Positions 42,940 to 54,121 of a DNA stretch of 64,000 nucleotides are shown here, one piece after another. The DNA comes from Opitutales bacterium (lineage in GTDB: Bacteria > Verrucomicrobiota > Verrucomicrobiia > Opitutales > UBA2987). The stretch spans positions 352,001 to 416,000 of the forward strand of contig CBDDEL010000010.1 of the NCBI GenBank assembly GCA_965226885.1, in the 5' to 3' direction. Under the pieces are notes generated by a model. That model ran no database searches. It was not told the DNA's origin and saw only the letters and a list, made by a program, of their open reading frames with translations. The stretch's first letter is position 1, and every line of letters begins with the position of its first letter. Both the position numbers and the translations under genes were made by a program.

Positions 42940-45900
42940 CCCGGATATTTCGTAAAAAAAGTATCGTTGATATGCTTAACTGCTGATATACAGCAGGATA
43001 GATCAATAATTAAAGCAATATCAGCGATGACAAAAGGTAAACAATTAAAGCTACAGTTGACAAGGGTAAAAGGCCGCCGTGTGCGGGTTGATTTCAAGGG
43101 CGGAGAGGTTACTTCGGATGCCGGACTGCTTTTGATCCGGGAAGTGGATCGGCAGTTGGGCTTGACCGAACGAGCGGCCCGACAGTTAGTGGACAAACGG
43201 CAGAAGGGCAAAGTACGCCATGAGGTATTGGGGATGCTGCGGCAGCGCGTTTACGGGCTGGTGGCGGGCTATGAGGATTTGAACGACTTTGATACCCTGC
43301 GCCACGATCCATTGTTGCAAACGGTAACGGGGCGCATTGAAACGTTGGCCAGCGCGCCGACTTTGTGTCGTTTTGAAAACGGGCAGGATCGGCGGGCGGC
43401 CTTTGCGGTAAACGAGCTGTTGGTCGAACAGTTCATGGGCTCCTTTGCCGAGGAACCCGAAGAGATCATCCTGGACTTTGACGCCACCGACAATCCGGTG
43501 CACGGGCTCCAGGAGGGACGTTTTTTCCACGGTTATTATGATCATTACTGTTTTCTGCCGCTATATGTTTTTTGCGGTGATCAGCTGCTGGTGGCCTACC
43601 TGCGGCCGAGCAAGATCGATGCCAGCAAGCATGCCGGGGCCATCCTCAAATTGCTGGTTAAACGGATTCGCCAAAGCTGGCCCCGTACGCGGATTATTTG
43701 GCGCGCCGACAGTGGATTTTGTCGAGACCGGATACCCTCTTGGTGCGACCGCAACGAAGTTAGTTAGAGGCTGTCCCAAAAGGGTGATTTTTGCGAGGGC
43801 TTTTGATAGGCGCTCATTTTAGAGGTATTTGCATTTGGGAGAGTATCAACTTTGCTCTCCTATGACGTTAGGATACTGGTTTTGGGGTCCGGTTGCCTGG
43901 TTTTCTTTGTATGAGCCGACAGTACGGCTGTGAAAAAGTATTGTCCTTGCTTTTCCGCTCTCTAGGCCGCCGCTTTGGTTTTTAGTTCGTCTTGCTGGGC
44001 CAGCATCTTGGCTACTTTCCATAGGTTGTGCGAGAGTACCGACCAGGCTACGCTGATCGAGCGGTTGGCAAAGCCTTTGCTGCGCAACCGCCCGGCCTGC
44101 CAGCGATTCTTCAATACCCCGATCCGCCCTTCGGTGCTGGCCCGGCGCTTTTGCAATTGTCTGAACAGTGGTTCCTCCATCCGTTTTTTCAACTGCTTCG
44201 GATCGCGTGGACAGAGCGCGTCGTAGATTCCCTCCTGGGCTAACTGCCGGCGGGCCCGCTGGGAGGCAAATCCCCGGTCCGCGCACATGGCCGCTATGGG
44301 TTCTTCCAGGTTGAAGCGGTTCTGTCTTTGCAAACTCTCTTGCATTTGTTCATTTTCGCTTGGAGTTCGGCTGCCGTAGAGTTTCCAGTCCAGCAGGTAC
44401 CCTTCAACGCTTTCTCCCAAAAACAGGGTGTTGCCGAACTCGACCTCTTGGCCCGCTTTACCTCGCACAATCACCTGCCCATCGAGTTCGTAAACACTCA
44501 AGACTTTCTCTGCGTTTTTCACCTGGCGGCCGCCAATGATCCGCTCGTGCGCCTGTTTGATGACCACCGGGATTTGCTCGCTCATGCGCTCCATCCGGGC
44601 GAGGATCTGTTGGACCTGTTTTTCGCTGTAATCGCTTTGCTCCCAGCAGGCTTGCAATAATTCCCGGTGACTGCGGGCATGCTCCCCGATCCGTTTGAGC
44701 AGCTTTTTCATCTGCCTCAAGATACCCTTGCGCTGCCGCGCGCTGTCCTTTCGCCGCCGGCTGTGAGTCCTGTGAGTCATCTGTATGCACAGCCGATTCA
44801 TCTGCCGAGCCAAGGGCTCCGGTTCGATCGGCATGCGATGGCGCAAACCGGCCTTCTCGCGGATCAGCCGGATCGCTTTGAGCAACGTGCCGGCTACATC
44901 CTTGAGTAATACCCAGTCCGTCGGCCAATGAATGTTAGCCTCCAAACAGGTGCCGTCGATCAGGCAAATGGTGGTGTCAATCGGCTTGTCCAATCCCACC
45001 TGCCGGGCCAGAAGGGCATCGCCCACCACCTCAGTCAAGGTCCGGTGCAAGGCCCTCAACTGCTCTTCGCTGAAAAACTTCGAGGCCCGCTCCAGGGTGC
45101 TTTTGGAGATGCCCCTGATGCCATCGATCTGCCGGACACGGCAAAAGTCGGCCAACAGATCGCTGCTGCCCAGAGCCCGCGACAAATGCCGAAACGAAAT
45201 CCCTCCGAGCAGACGGCCCAGCGTATCCATGCGCAGTGCCTTGATGGCAAAACTGGCCCGCTGCCGCCGGGCCTTTAGACCCATTGGCGGCCACCCCTCC
45301 AAGGCCAGCTCAATGGCCTGCGATTCCACCTCCGAGTCGATCAGCAGCCGATCGATTCGATCAATGGTGGCGCGGAAGTTATCGTAATCGAGGCACCGGT
45401 CGACCACAGTTAAAGCTGGACGCAGGAGGCATTGGATGGCTATATTTTTCATAGAAAGGGCTATATTGATTTTCGCTAACTCAATTATAGAACCCTTTTT
45501 TGGCCGGATCGAGCAAAAACTTGCTCTTTCCGGCTCTTTTTATCAACGTCATCCAGTTGACTATAAAATCTTTATATTTTTGGGACAGCCTCTAGTTACA
45601 TCGTGGGGATGGCTCGCAATGCACGCTTGCAGCAAGACGCCCAGCAGTTGCAAAAGCAGGCCAAAGAATGGTTCGAACTAAGGGGTAAAAAACAACGGTT
45701 ATTCCAGGACTTCGTCTATGCTGCCGATTCGTGGCGATGGCTGCGGTTGGTCATCCATAAAGCCGAACACACCGCACAGGGGTCCAACCCGCGCTTCGTG
45801 GTGACGAACCTGCCGGGCGATCCCCAGGAGCTTTACGACAAGGTATACTGTGGCCGCGGTGAAATGGAGAACCGAATCAAGGAACAGATGCAATTGTTCA

Positions 45901-46338
45901 GCGAGCGCACCAGCGCCCATCAATGGTGGGCCAATCAGTGGCGATTGCTCTTGTCGGCGCTGGCCTACACCTTGATGGAAGCCATGCGCCGGTTAGCCTT
46001 AAAAGGGACGAAGTGGGCGCGGGCCCAATGCCACACCCTGCGGCTCAAATTAATCAAGATCGGAGCGGTCATCGTGCGCAACACCCGAACGATTCACTTT
46101 CACCTAAGTGAGAGTTATCCTTGGGCCAGTCTTTTCAACCATGCGGCCCGCCGATTGGTGCCAACCTAAAGGGTGCATTGGTGCTGCCCCCGGCACTACC
46201 GAACCAATGGGGGAAAGGGGGCAGTGTCTCTACACCCTGAAAAACACCTAAAAATCAAGACGATCTGCTCAAAATACAAAGAAATCCATCTCCAATAGCA
46301 ATAACGAGCCAAACTTTACCCTTCATGAAATATCCGGG
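42940..46338 (+). mobile_element. IS1380-A copy 4, transposase split by IS5-like copy 2
   Basis: IRs present; CTAG on both sides; transposase halves 42967-43766 and 45593-46169. Confidence 0.96.
43767..45592 (-). mobile_element. IS5-like element, copy 2 (transposase 43962-45452)
   Basis: IRs GAGGCTGTCCCAAAA; TSD TAGTTA. Confidence 0.95.
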
Positions 46339-47960
46339 CTAGGCCGCCGCTTTGGTTTTTAGTTCGTCTTGCTGGGCCAGCATCTTGGCTACTTTCCATA
46401 GGTTGTGCGAGAGTACCGACCAGGCTACGCTGATCGAGCGGTTGGCAAAGCCTTTGCTGCGCAACCGCCCGGCCTGCCAGCGATTCTTCAATACCCCGAT
46501 CCGCCCTTCGGTGCTGGCCCGGCGCTTTTGCAATTGTCTGAACAGTGGTTCCTCCATCCGTTTTTTCAACTGCTTCGGATCGCGTGGACAGAGCGCGTCG
46601 TAGATTCCCTCCTGGGCTAACTGCCGGCGGGCCCGCTGGGAGGCAAATCCCCGGTCCGCGCACATGGCCGCTATGGGTTCTTCCAGGTTGAAGCGGTTCT
46701 GTCTTTGCAAACTCTCTTGCATTTGTTCATTTTCGCTTGGAGTTCGGCTGCCGTAGAGTTTCCAGTCCAGCAGGTACCCTTCAACGCTTTCTCCCAAAAA
46801 CAGGGTGTTGCCGAACTCGACCTCTTGGCCCGCTTTACCTCGCACAATCACCTGCCCATCGAGTTCGTAAACACTCAAGACTTTCTCTGCGTTTTTCACC
46901 TGGCGGCCGCCAATGATCCGCTCGTGCGCCTGTTTGATGACCACCGGGATTTGCTCGCTCATGCGCTCCATCCGGGCGAGGATCTGTTGGACCTGTTTTT
47001 CGCTGTAATCGCTTTGCTCCCAGCAGGCTTGCAATAATTCCCGGTGACTGCGGGCATGCTCCCCGATCCGTTTGAGCAGCTTTTTCATCTGCCTCAAGAT
47101 ACCCTTGCGCTGCCGCGCGCTGTCCTTTCGCCGCCGGCTGTGGGTCATCTGTATGCACAGCCGATTCATCTGCCGAGCCAAGGGCTCCGGTTCGATCGGC
47201 ATGCGATGCCGCAAACCGGCCTTCTCGCGGATCAGCCGGATCGCTTTGAGCAACGTGCCGGCTACATCCTTGAGTAATACCCAGTCCGTCGGCCAATGAA
47301 TGTTAGCCTCCAAACAGGTGCCGTCGATCAGGCAAATGGTGGTGTCAATCGGCTTGTCCAATCCCACCTGCCGGGCCAGAAGGGCATCGCCCACCACCTC
47401 AGTCAAGGTCCGGTGCAAGGCCCTCAACTGCTCTTCGCTGAAAAACTTCGAGGCCCCCTCCAGGGTGCTTTTGGAGATGCCCCTGATGCCATCGATCTGC
47501 CGGACACGGCAAAAGTCGGCCAACAGATCGCTGCTGCCCAGAGCCCGCGACAAATGCCGAAACGAAATCCCTCCGAGCAGACGGCCCAGCGTATCCATGC
47601 GCAGTGCCTTGATGGCAAAACTGGCCCGCTGCCGCCGGGCCTTTAGACCCATTGGCGGCCACCCCTCCAAGGCCAGCTCAATGGCCTGCGATTCCACCTC
47701 CGAGTCGATCAGCAGCCGATCGATTCGATCAATGGTGGCGCGGAAGTTATCGTAATCGAGGCACCGGTCGACCACAGTTAAAGCTGGACGCAGGAGGCAT
47801 TGGATGGCTATATTTTTCATAGAAAGGGCTATATTGATTTTCGCTAACTCAATTATAGAACCCTTTTTTGGCCGGATCGAGCAAAAACTTGCTCTTTCCG
47901 GCTCTTTTTATCAACGTCATCCAGTTGACTATAAAATCTTTATATTTTTGGGACAGCCTC
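46339..47960 (-). mobile_element. IS5-like element, copy 3 (transposase 46339-47820; right end deleted by IS1380)
   Basis: One IR ending at 47960; the other end is replaced by IS1380-A at the CTAG overlapping the stop codon. Confidence 0.93.
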
Positions 47961-48179
47961 TACCACAGCCTCTACCCTATGTTAAAAATAATCCCTCTTC
48001 CAAAATCCACAAAAATCCCCTCGAATGCACCACTAAAACCTGATTTTTGGGCATTTTCAGCAGGTGATTGGCACAAAGCTATAATAAAGGAGTATTCTTT
48101 CTAATTCTCATCGGTTTAGAAAGCCAATAACCCATTTCATGTTTCATGCATAACGACAAGGTTCAGCAGAGAGCTTTTA

Positions 48180-48659
48180 TCACTTACGAGCAGAACGAAT
48201 CAATTCCGCCACTTCTTTCATTCCATTTTTTTCAAGGTATTTGATAAATACAGCCCATGGAGGGATATTGCTACAATATGATGAAGACCCAGTGTATAAG
48301 CCACCCCCAGGGCCAGTATAAAGACCACCTCCGGGACCGGTGTATAAGCCACCACCGGGACCAGTGTATAAGCCACCTCCGGGACCGGTATAAAGACCAC
48401 CTCCAGGACCGGTGTATGCGCCACCACCAGGACCAGTGTAAAGACCACCTCCGGGACCGGTGTATAAGCCACCTCCAGGACCGGTGTATGCGCCACCACC
48501 AGGACCAGTGTAAAGACCACCTCCGGGACCGGTGTATAAGCCACCTCCAGGGCCGGTGTATTGATCTCGTGGCCAAGTATTTTCAGGGCACGCTGCAAAA
48601 GCAGACGACATAAAAGTTAAACAGAACCAAATTGCGCTTATAAGTTTTAGTCTTTCCAT
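48180..48659 (-). CDS. Secreted glycine-rich repeat protein, (L/A)YTGPGGG x11
   Basis: Signal peptide ending SAFA; 24-bp repeats with synonymous variation; start inferred. Confidence 0.85.
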   Translation of the reverse strand: MERLKLISAIWFCLTFMSSAFAACPENTWPRDQYTGPGGGLYTGPGGGLYTGPGGGAYTGPGGGLYTGPGGGLYTGPGGGAYTGPGGGLYTGPGGGLYTGPGGGLYTGPGGGLYTGPGGGLYTGSSSYCSNIPPWAVFIKYLEKNGMKEVAELIRSARK

Positions 48660-48995
48660 AGACATAAAATACATAAAATTCCTATTTCCGGGTCCGAGCC
48701 TTGCCAGACGTCCGAGCCTTGCCAGACCTTTGCTCACCGCAAGGGTCGATGCCGTGTAGGCTTCGATCTTTTCCTTTAAATCAATGATTTTCTTAACTTT
48801 TGGCTTTCCCATCATTCTTCCTCCTTCGGTCGATTATATTGCAGGCAGCGTTTACGCTGCCCGTGATTGGGTACCATAAAATTTGGGCCGAATTTTGCAA
48901 GTAAATCTGCCGATGGGGCCAATTCAGTGGTTCATTACCCCTTTTCGTTCATTCTCATTCTGGGTATTCACCCCTTCCGCCCTTTCTGGACAAGA

Positions 48996-49290
48996 TCAGG
49001 CAACAGGAAGCAGAACTTGGAAGCAGAACTTCAAAAAGCTGATAATCCAGACGAACCAGGAGATGTAAACGAGGTATTTTGGCGTCAGGCTCATCCCACC
49101 AAGCAAAATCACTGAAATTGCCATTGCCTGACCGCAGATGCTCATTGCCAGTTCCTTCGCCCATCGGGGAATGCGCTTCGATAGCTTGCCCTTGCCAAAA
49201 TCACGGATGTAGTAAGCCATGAGGCACACAATCCCGGACAATGCCCCCAGGACTATCAGGAACGCCGCCAGCTTGTAATTCAGACCTGAT
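48996..49290 (-). pseudogene. Possible small membrane-protein fragment
   Basis: Three hydrophobic stretches in an open frame without a clear start. Confidence 0.35.
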
Positions 49291-49293
49291 GAA

Positions 49294-49809
49294 TTACTTG
49301 TCGTTTTCTATGCAATTCTCCAACCAGTGCGTTGGGTCAATCGGCAATGAACTGAATAATGCATAGAGTTCGACAGTCAGCCTGAGCGGTGATGCTGCAG
49401 TGACTTTAGCAAATACTTCACCAGCCTCAAGAGTTTGCCCTTCTTTTACCACAACACTGCCTGGGTCTAACCCCCAAAATACTATCTTCTTTTCATTGTC
49501 CTGCAAGGTAACTTCTGGGAAAACATCATATTCTCCATTAGTAGGATTAAACTTCTTTTCATCCCTAATAGCAACGACCTGCGCTGGGAAGGGTGCATTA
49601 ACTCTATAGGGATCGCCTGTGTCGAGATCGGGCAAACTAACCGAAACACCTGAAAAATTGACAGCACTCGGCACAATAACTAAAGTATTATCGCATTGCA
49701 AAACCTTATGCCACTGCTTTCCGAGCCCAAGATGAGTTGCATCAGGCCGCAGTAACAACATTGATTTTAAATTCCTTTTAGAATTCGCAGCTATGTTTTT
49801 TGCGTTCAC
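49294..49809 (-). CDS. Degenerate M23/LytM-fold protein, probably 5'-clipped by IS1380-B
   Basis: VNAPFPAQV, VKEGQTLEAGEVFAKV, LTVEL..PIDPTHWL; catalytic HxxxD/HxH absent. Confidence 0.55.
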   Translation of the reverse strand: MNAKNIAANSKRNLKSMLLLRPDATHLGLGKQWHKVLQCDNTLVIVPSAVNFSGVSVSLPDLDTGDPYRVNAPFPAQVVAIRDEKKFNPTNGEYDVFPEVTLQDNEKKIVFWGLDPGSVVVKEGQTLEAGEVFAKVTAASPLRLTVELYALFSSLPIDPTHWLENCIENDK

Positions 49810-49873
49810 CCCATATTTCCCATTTCATCATAAGAAAATTAGCTTGAAATAAGCGCTATGTGTTTAATAATAA

Positions 49874-50675
49874 GGTAGTGTATTAAGTAGGAATGGTGGC
49901 TAATTCTTGATTATATTGATGAATGAAAAGTCTCAGACAGGTTTCATGCATACTCTTAAGCTTGGAAAAGGAGAGGGTTTTGCGTGTGAAACGACCCAGT
50001 CGTTGGCGCAGGGTATTGTTCCATCGTTCCACATGGGCCGTTTCACCGGTTTCTTTTCCCACGGATCGGTTATGAGGAAAGACTTCATCATAAGTGCTCC
50101 AAAAGTCGCTGTAGGTGGCACATCTTTTGTAGGCCCGTGGCAGACGCTCGTAAAGTTCCCGGCAACGATACCAATCCCGAGGCCCAATGGCATAGGAGAG
50201 GATTTGACGGGTGCGTCGGCAAAGAGCGATCCAAACCCATTGGGCATCGCTCTTGCGCCCCACAAAAGACCACAGTTCGTCCAGTTCAATGACATCATGG
50301 CGGCGGGCCGCAAGAATCGTGCTTTTGAGCGGTCGCAGCGATTGTCGTTTTTTTTAACCAACTCAAAACGGTGTTGGGACTCACCCCGAAGGCGCGCTGT
50401 AAACCGCGTAGACTGCTGCGTTCCTGATAGACTCGAAGGATCATTTCTTTTTGCTCTTCGGTGTATTTCACTGTGGGGTTTTCGCGGCTTTGTTTACCAC
50501 AATCATGGCAGCGGTAGCGCTGTTTATGGTTGGGCGTCTTGCCAAATTTAATGATATTTTCACTTCCACAGTGCCGACAATTAATAATTTTAGTAACCAT
50601 GCACTAAGAATAAACTGCCTAACGCTATTTGTACAGCTAAAAATACAAAATAACATTCTTTTTTTATACACTACC
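49874..50675 (-). mobile_element. IS1-B copy 3
   Basis: IRs GGTAGTGTAT; 8-bp TSD AATAATAA. Confidence 0.97.
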
Positions 50676-51600
50676 AATAATAAGTTACTTAAATATACTT
50701 ATAACGAGCAAATTCTTAAAATCCAATGGGTGACGCAAAAAAGAGCAGTTTTCGGGTTCAATTCAACCGCCGAATCAAGTTGGAGTTCCACGGTGCGAAG
50801 GTTACCAGTGATGCAGGATTGTTACTCTACCGGGAACTCGATGAGGCTTTCGGGCTGACTGCAATAGGAAGCAAAAATGTGGTGGAGGAGCGCACGGGCA
50901 AAAATATCCAGCACGGCAGAACGGCTCTGCTTCGGCAGTCTGTCTTTAGTCGCCTGGCAGGATACAAAGATACGAACGATGCGGAGCGACTGCGCTTTGA
51001 TCCGGTCATGAGGCAGATTGTCGGGGGTCGTGCCGATTGGCAACCGGCGGCTTCGCCCAGTGAAATGAGCCGCTTTGAAACACAGATGTTAACCAAGCCT
51101 GCGAATCTGAGCGCACTGATGGACATGAGTGGTCAATGGATCGACCAGGTGAATAGGCGAGTGGGGATGAAAAAATTGATTCTCGATATGGATAGTTCGG
51201 AGAGCCCTACTTACGGGAAGCAGGAAGGCTCGGCCTTCAACGGTCATTTCGGCTGCACCTGTTACCATCCCCTGTTCTGCTTCAACCAGTTTGGTGATCT
51301 GGAACGGGCCAACCTGCGTAAAGGCAATGTGCACAGTGCCGACGATTGGTTGTCGGTGCTCCAACCGGTCGTTGCCCGCTATCGTGACTGTCCCCTGAAA
51401 CGATTTTTCCGAGGTGACGCAGCCTTCGCCAATCCGGACCTCTACGGTTACCTTGAGCAAGAGAACTTCTCCTATGCCATTCGGCTGCAGAGCAACACGA
51501 TTTTACAAAAACATATCGCCCCTTTACTCACTCGGCCAGTGGGGCGACCCTCGTGGGCACCCAAGGTGTTTTATGCCAGTTTTCCGTATCAAGCCGCTAG

Positions 51601-53167
51601 CCCGGATATTTCATGAAGGGTAAAGTTTGGCTCGTTATTGCTATTGGAGATGGATTTCTTTGTATTTTGAGCAGATCGTCTTGATTTTTAGGTGTTTTTC
51701 AGGGTGTAGAGACACTGCCCCCTTTCCCCCATTGGTTCGGTAGTGCCGGGGGCAGCACCAATGCACCCTTTAGGTTGGCACCAATCGGCGGGCCGCATGG
51801 TTGAAAAGACTGGCCCAAGGATAACTCTCACTTAGGTGAAAGTGAATCGTTCGGGTGTTGCGCACGATGACCGCTCCGATCTTGATTAATTTGAGCCGCA
51901 GGGTGTGGCATTGGGCCCGCGCCCACTTCGTCCCTTTTAAGGCTAACCGGCGCATGGCTTCCATCAAGGTGTAGGCCAGCGCCGACAAGAGCAATCGCCA
52001 CTGATTGGCCCACCATTGATGGGCGCTGGTGCGCTCGCTGAACAATTGCATCTGTTCCTTGATTCGGTTCTCCATTTCACCGCGGCCACAGTATACCTTG
52101 TCGTAAAGCTCCTGGGGATCGCCCGGCAGGTTCGTCACCACGAAGCGCGGGTTGGACCCCTGTGCGGTGTGTTCGGCTTTATGGATGACCAACCGCAGCC
52201 ATCGCCACGAATCGGCAGCATAGACGAAGTCCTGGAATAACCGTTGTTTTTTGCCCCTTAGTTCGAACCATTCTTTGGCCTGCTTTTGCAACTGCTGGGC
52301 GTCTTGCTGCAAGCGTGCATTGCGAGCCATCCCCACGATGTAACTAACTTCGTTGCGGTCGCACCAAGAGGGTATCCGGTCTCGACAAAATCCACTGTCG
52401 GCGCGCCAAATAATCCGCGTACGGGGCCAGCTTTGGCGAATCCGTTTAACCAGCAATTTGAGGATGGCCCCGGCATGCTTGCTGGCATCGATCTTGCTCG
52501 GCCGCAGGTAGGCCACCAGCAGCTGATCACCGCAAAAAACATATAGCGGCAGAAAACAGTAATGATCATAATAACCGTGGAAAAAACGTCCCTCCTGGAG
52601 CCCGTGCACCGGAGTGTCGGTGGCGTCAAAGTCCAGGATGATCTCTTCGGGTTCCTCGGCAAAGGAGCCCATGAACTGTTCGACCAACAGCTCGTTTACT
52701 GCAAAGGCCGCCCGCCGATCCTGCCCGTTTTCAAAACGACACAAAGTCGGCGCGCTGGCCAACGTTTCAATGCGCCCCGTTACCGTTTGCAACAATGGAT
52801 CGTGGCGCAGGGTATCAAAGTCGTTCAAATCCTCATAGCCCGCCACCAGCCCGTAAACGCGCTGCCGCAGCATCCCCAATACCTCATGGCGTACTTTGCC
52901 CTTCTGCCGTTTGTCCACTAACTGTCGGGCCGCTCGTTCGGTCAAGCCCAACTGCCGAACCACTTCCCGGATCAAAAGCAGTCCGGCATCCGAAGTAACC
53001 TCTCCGCCCTTGAAATCAACCCGCACACGGCGGCCTTTTACCCTTGTCAACTGTAGCTTTAATTGTTTACCTTTTGTCATCGCTGATATTGCTTTAATTA
53101 TTGATCTATCCTGCTGTATATCAGCAGTTAAGCATATCAACGATACTTTTTTTACGAAATATCCGGG
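51601..53167 (-). mobile_element. IS1380-A copy 5 (transposase 51770-53140)
   Basis: IRs present; TSD CTAG. Confidence 0.97.
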
Positions 53168-54121
53168 CTAGTTGGCAGAGACCTCGCCGGGTGGTGGCCA
53201 AGGTCGAGTGGCAGGCCGGAGAGTTATTTGCGCGGGTCGGTTTCATCGTGACAAATCTGAACTGGCCACCCAGGAAGGTAGTGAAATTTTACAACCACCG
53301 GGGCACCGCAGAGCAGTGGATCAAAGAGGGCAAACATGCCATCCACTGGACCCGCTTGTCCTGCCATGACTTTGAGGACAATGCCGTTCGGCTTCAGCTC
53401 TTCGGCTTAGCCTACAATCTGGGCAACTTCATGCGCCGGTTGATTCTTCCTGGCAAGGTGAAGCACTGGATGCTGAGCTCTTTGCGGGAGAAACTCATCA
53501 AAATCGGAGCAAAGGTGATCCACCATGCCAAGTATATCACTTTCCAGATGGCTGAGGTGGCCATCCCAAGAGAAATGTTTCGAACCATGCTCAAGCGAGT
53601 AGAGCGACTGCGACTCGCACCTGATACGGGGTGAGTAAGAAGATTTTTCGATACAAAAGGAATCAGTGCTGTGGAAACCTCCTGCTGTGGAAACCTCCAA
53701 CAGAAGGAAATATCTTTCCCTGATTTGACCAAGCAAAGGGAAAATCAGCAATAATTGTTAAATACTGCCGATTTGATCATCAAATAACCAAGGAAAGGAT
53801 TGCAAAATCACATTGAAAGCAGAAAATTGGATCGAAATATTAGAAAGTAGCTATTTTCAACGATTACGAATGTTCATATGGGAAATCTCGGTTTACACGG
53901 CATACTGAAACAATGGGGTTAATTAAACCATTGCTAAATTTGTAAACAGTAAGTAAATTGAGAATTGAATGAGCCCTAATGGGAAAGTATGAATCCTCTG
54001 CCAATGTATCCGCTACCGAGCCAAGAACCTCTCTCCAAATTGATTTGCAATCCAAATCTCCTTGCTTGCATGATTGTCGGCGCCTAATAACCCAGCGCTA
54101 ACAATTCCCCCACACCAACCC

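Larger units (their letters stand above)
49810..53891 (+). mobile_element. IS1380-family element B; transposase 50726-53634 split by IS1380-A, IS1-B in its left end
   Basis: Imperfect IRs CCCATATTTCCCAT / CCGAGATTTCCCAT; TSDAGLL, LDMDSS, RGDAAF, then YNHRGTAEQWIKEGK after the insertion. Confidence 0.9.

Noticed and set aside
48290..48560. Possible CRISPR or iteron array (24-bp period)
   Set aside because: It is a coding repeat with synonymous variation inside a signal-peptide ORF.
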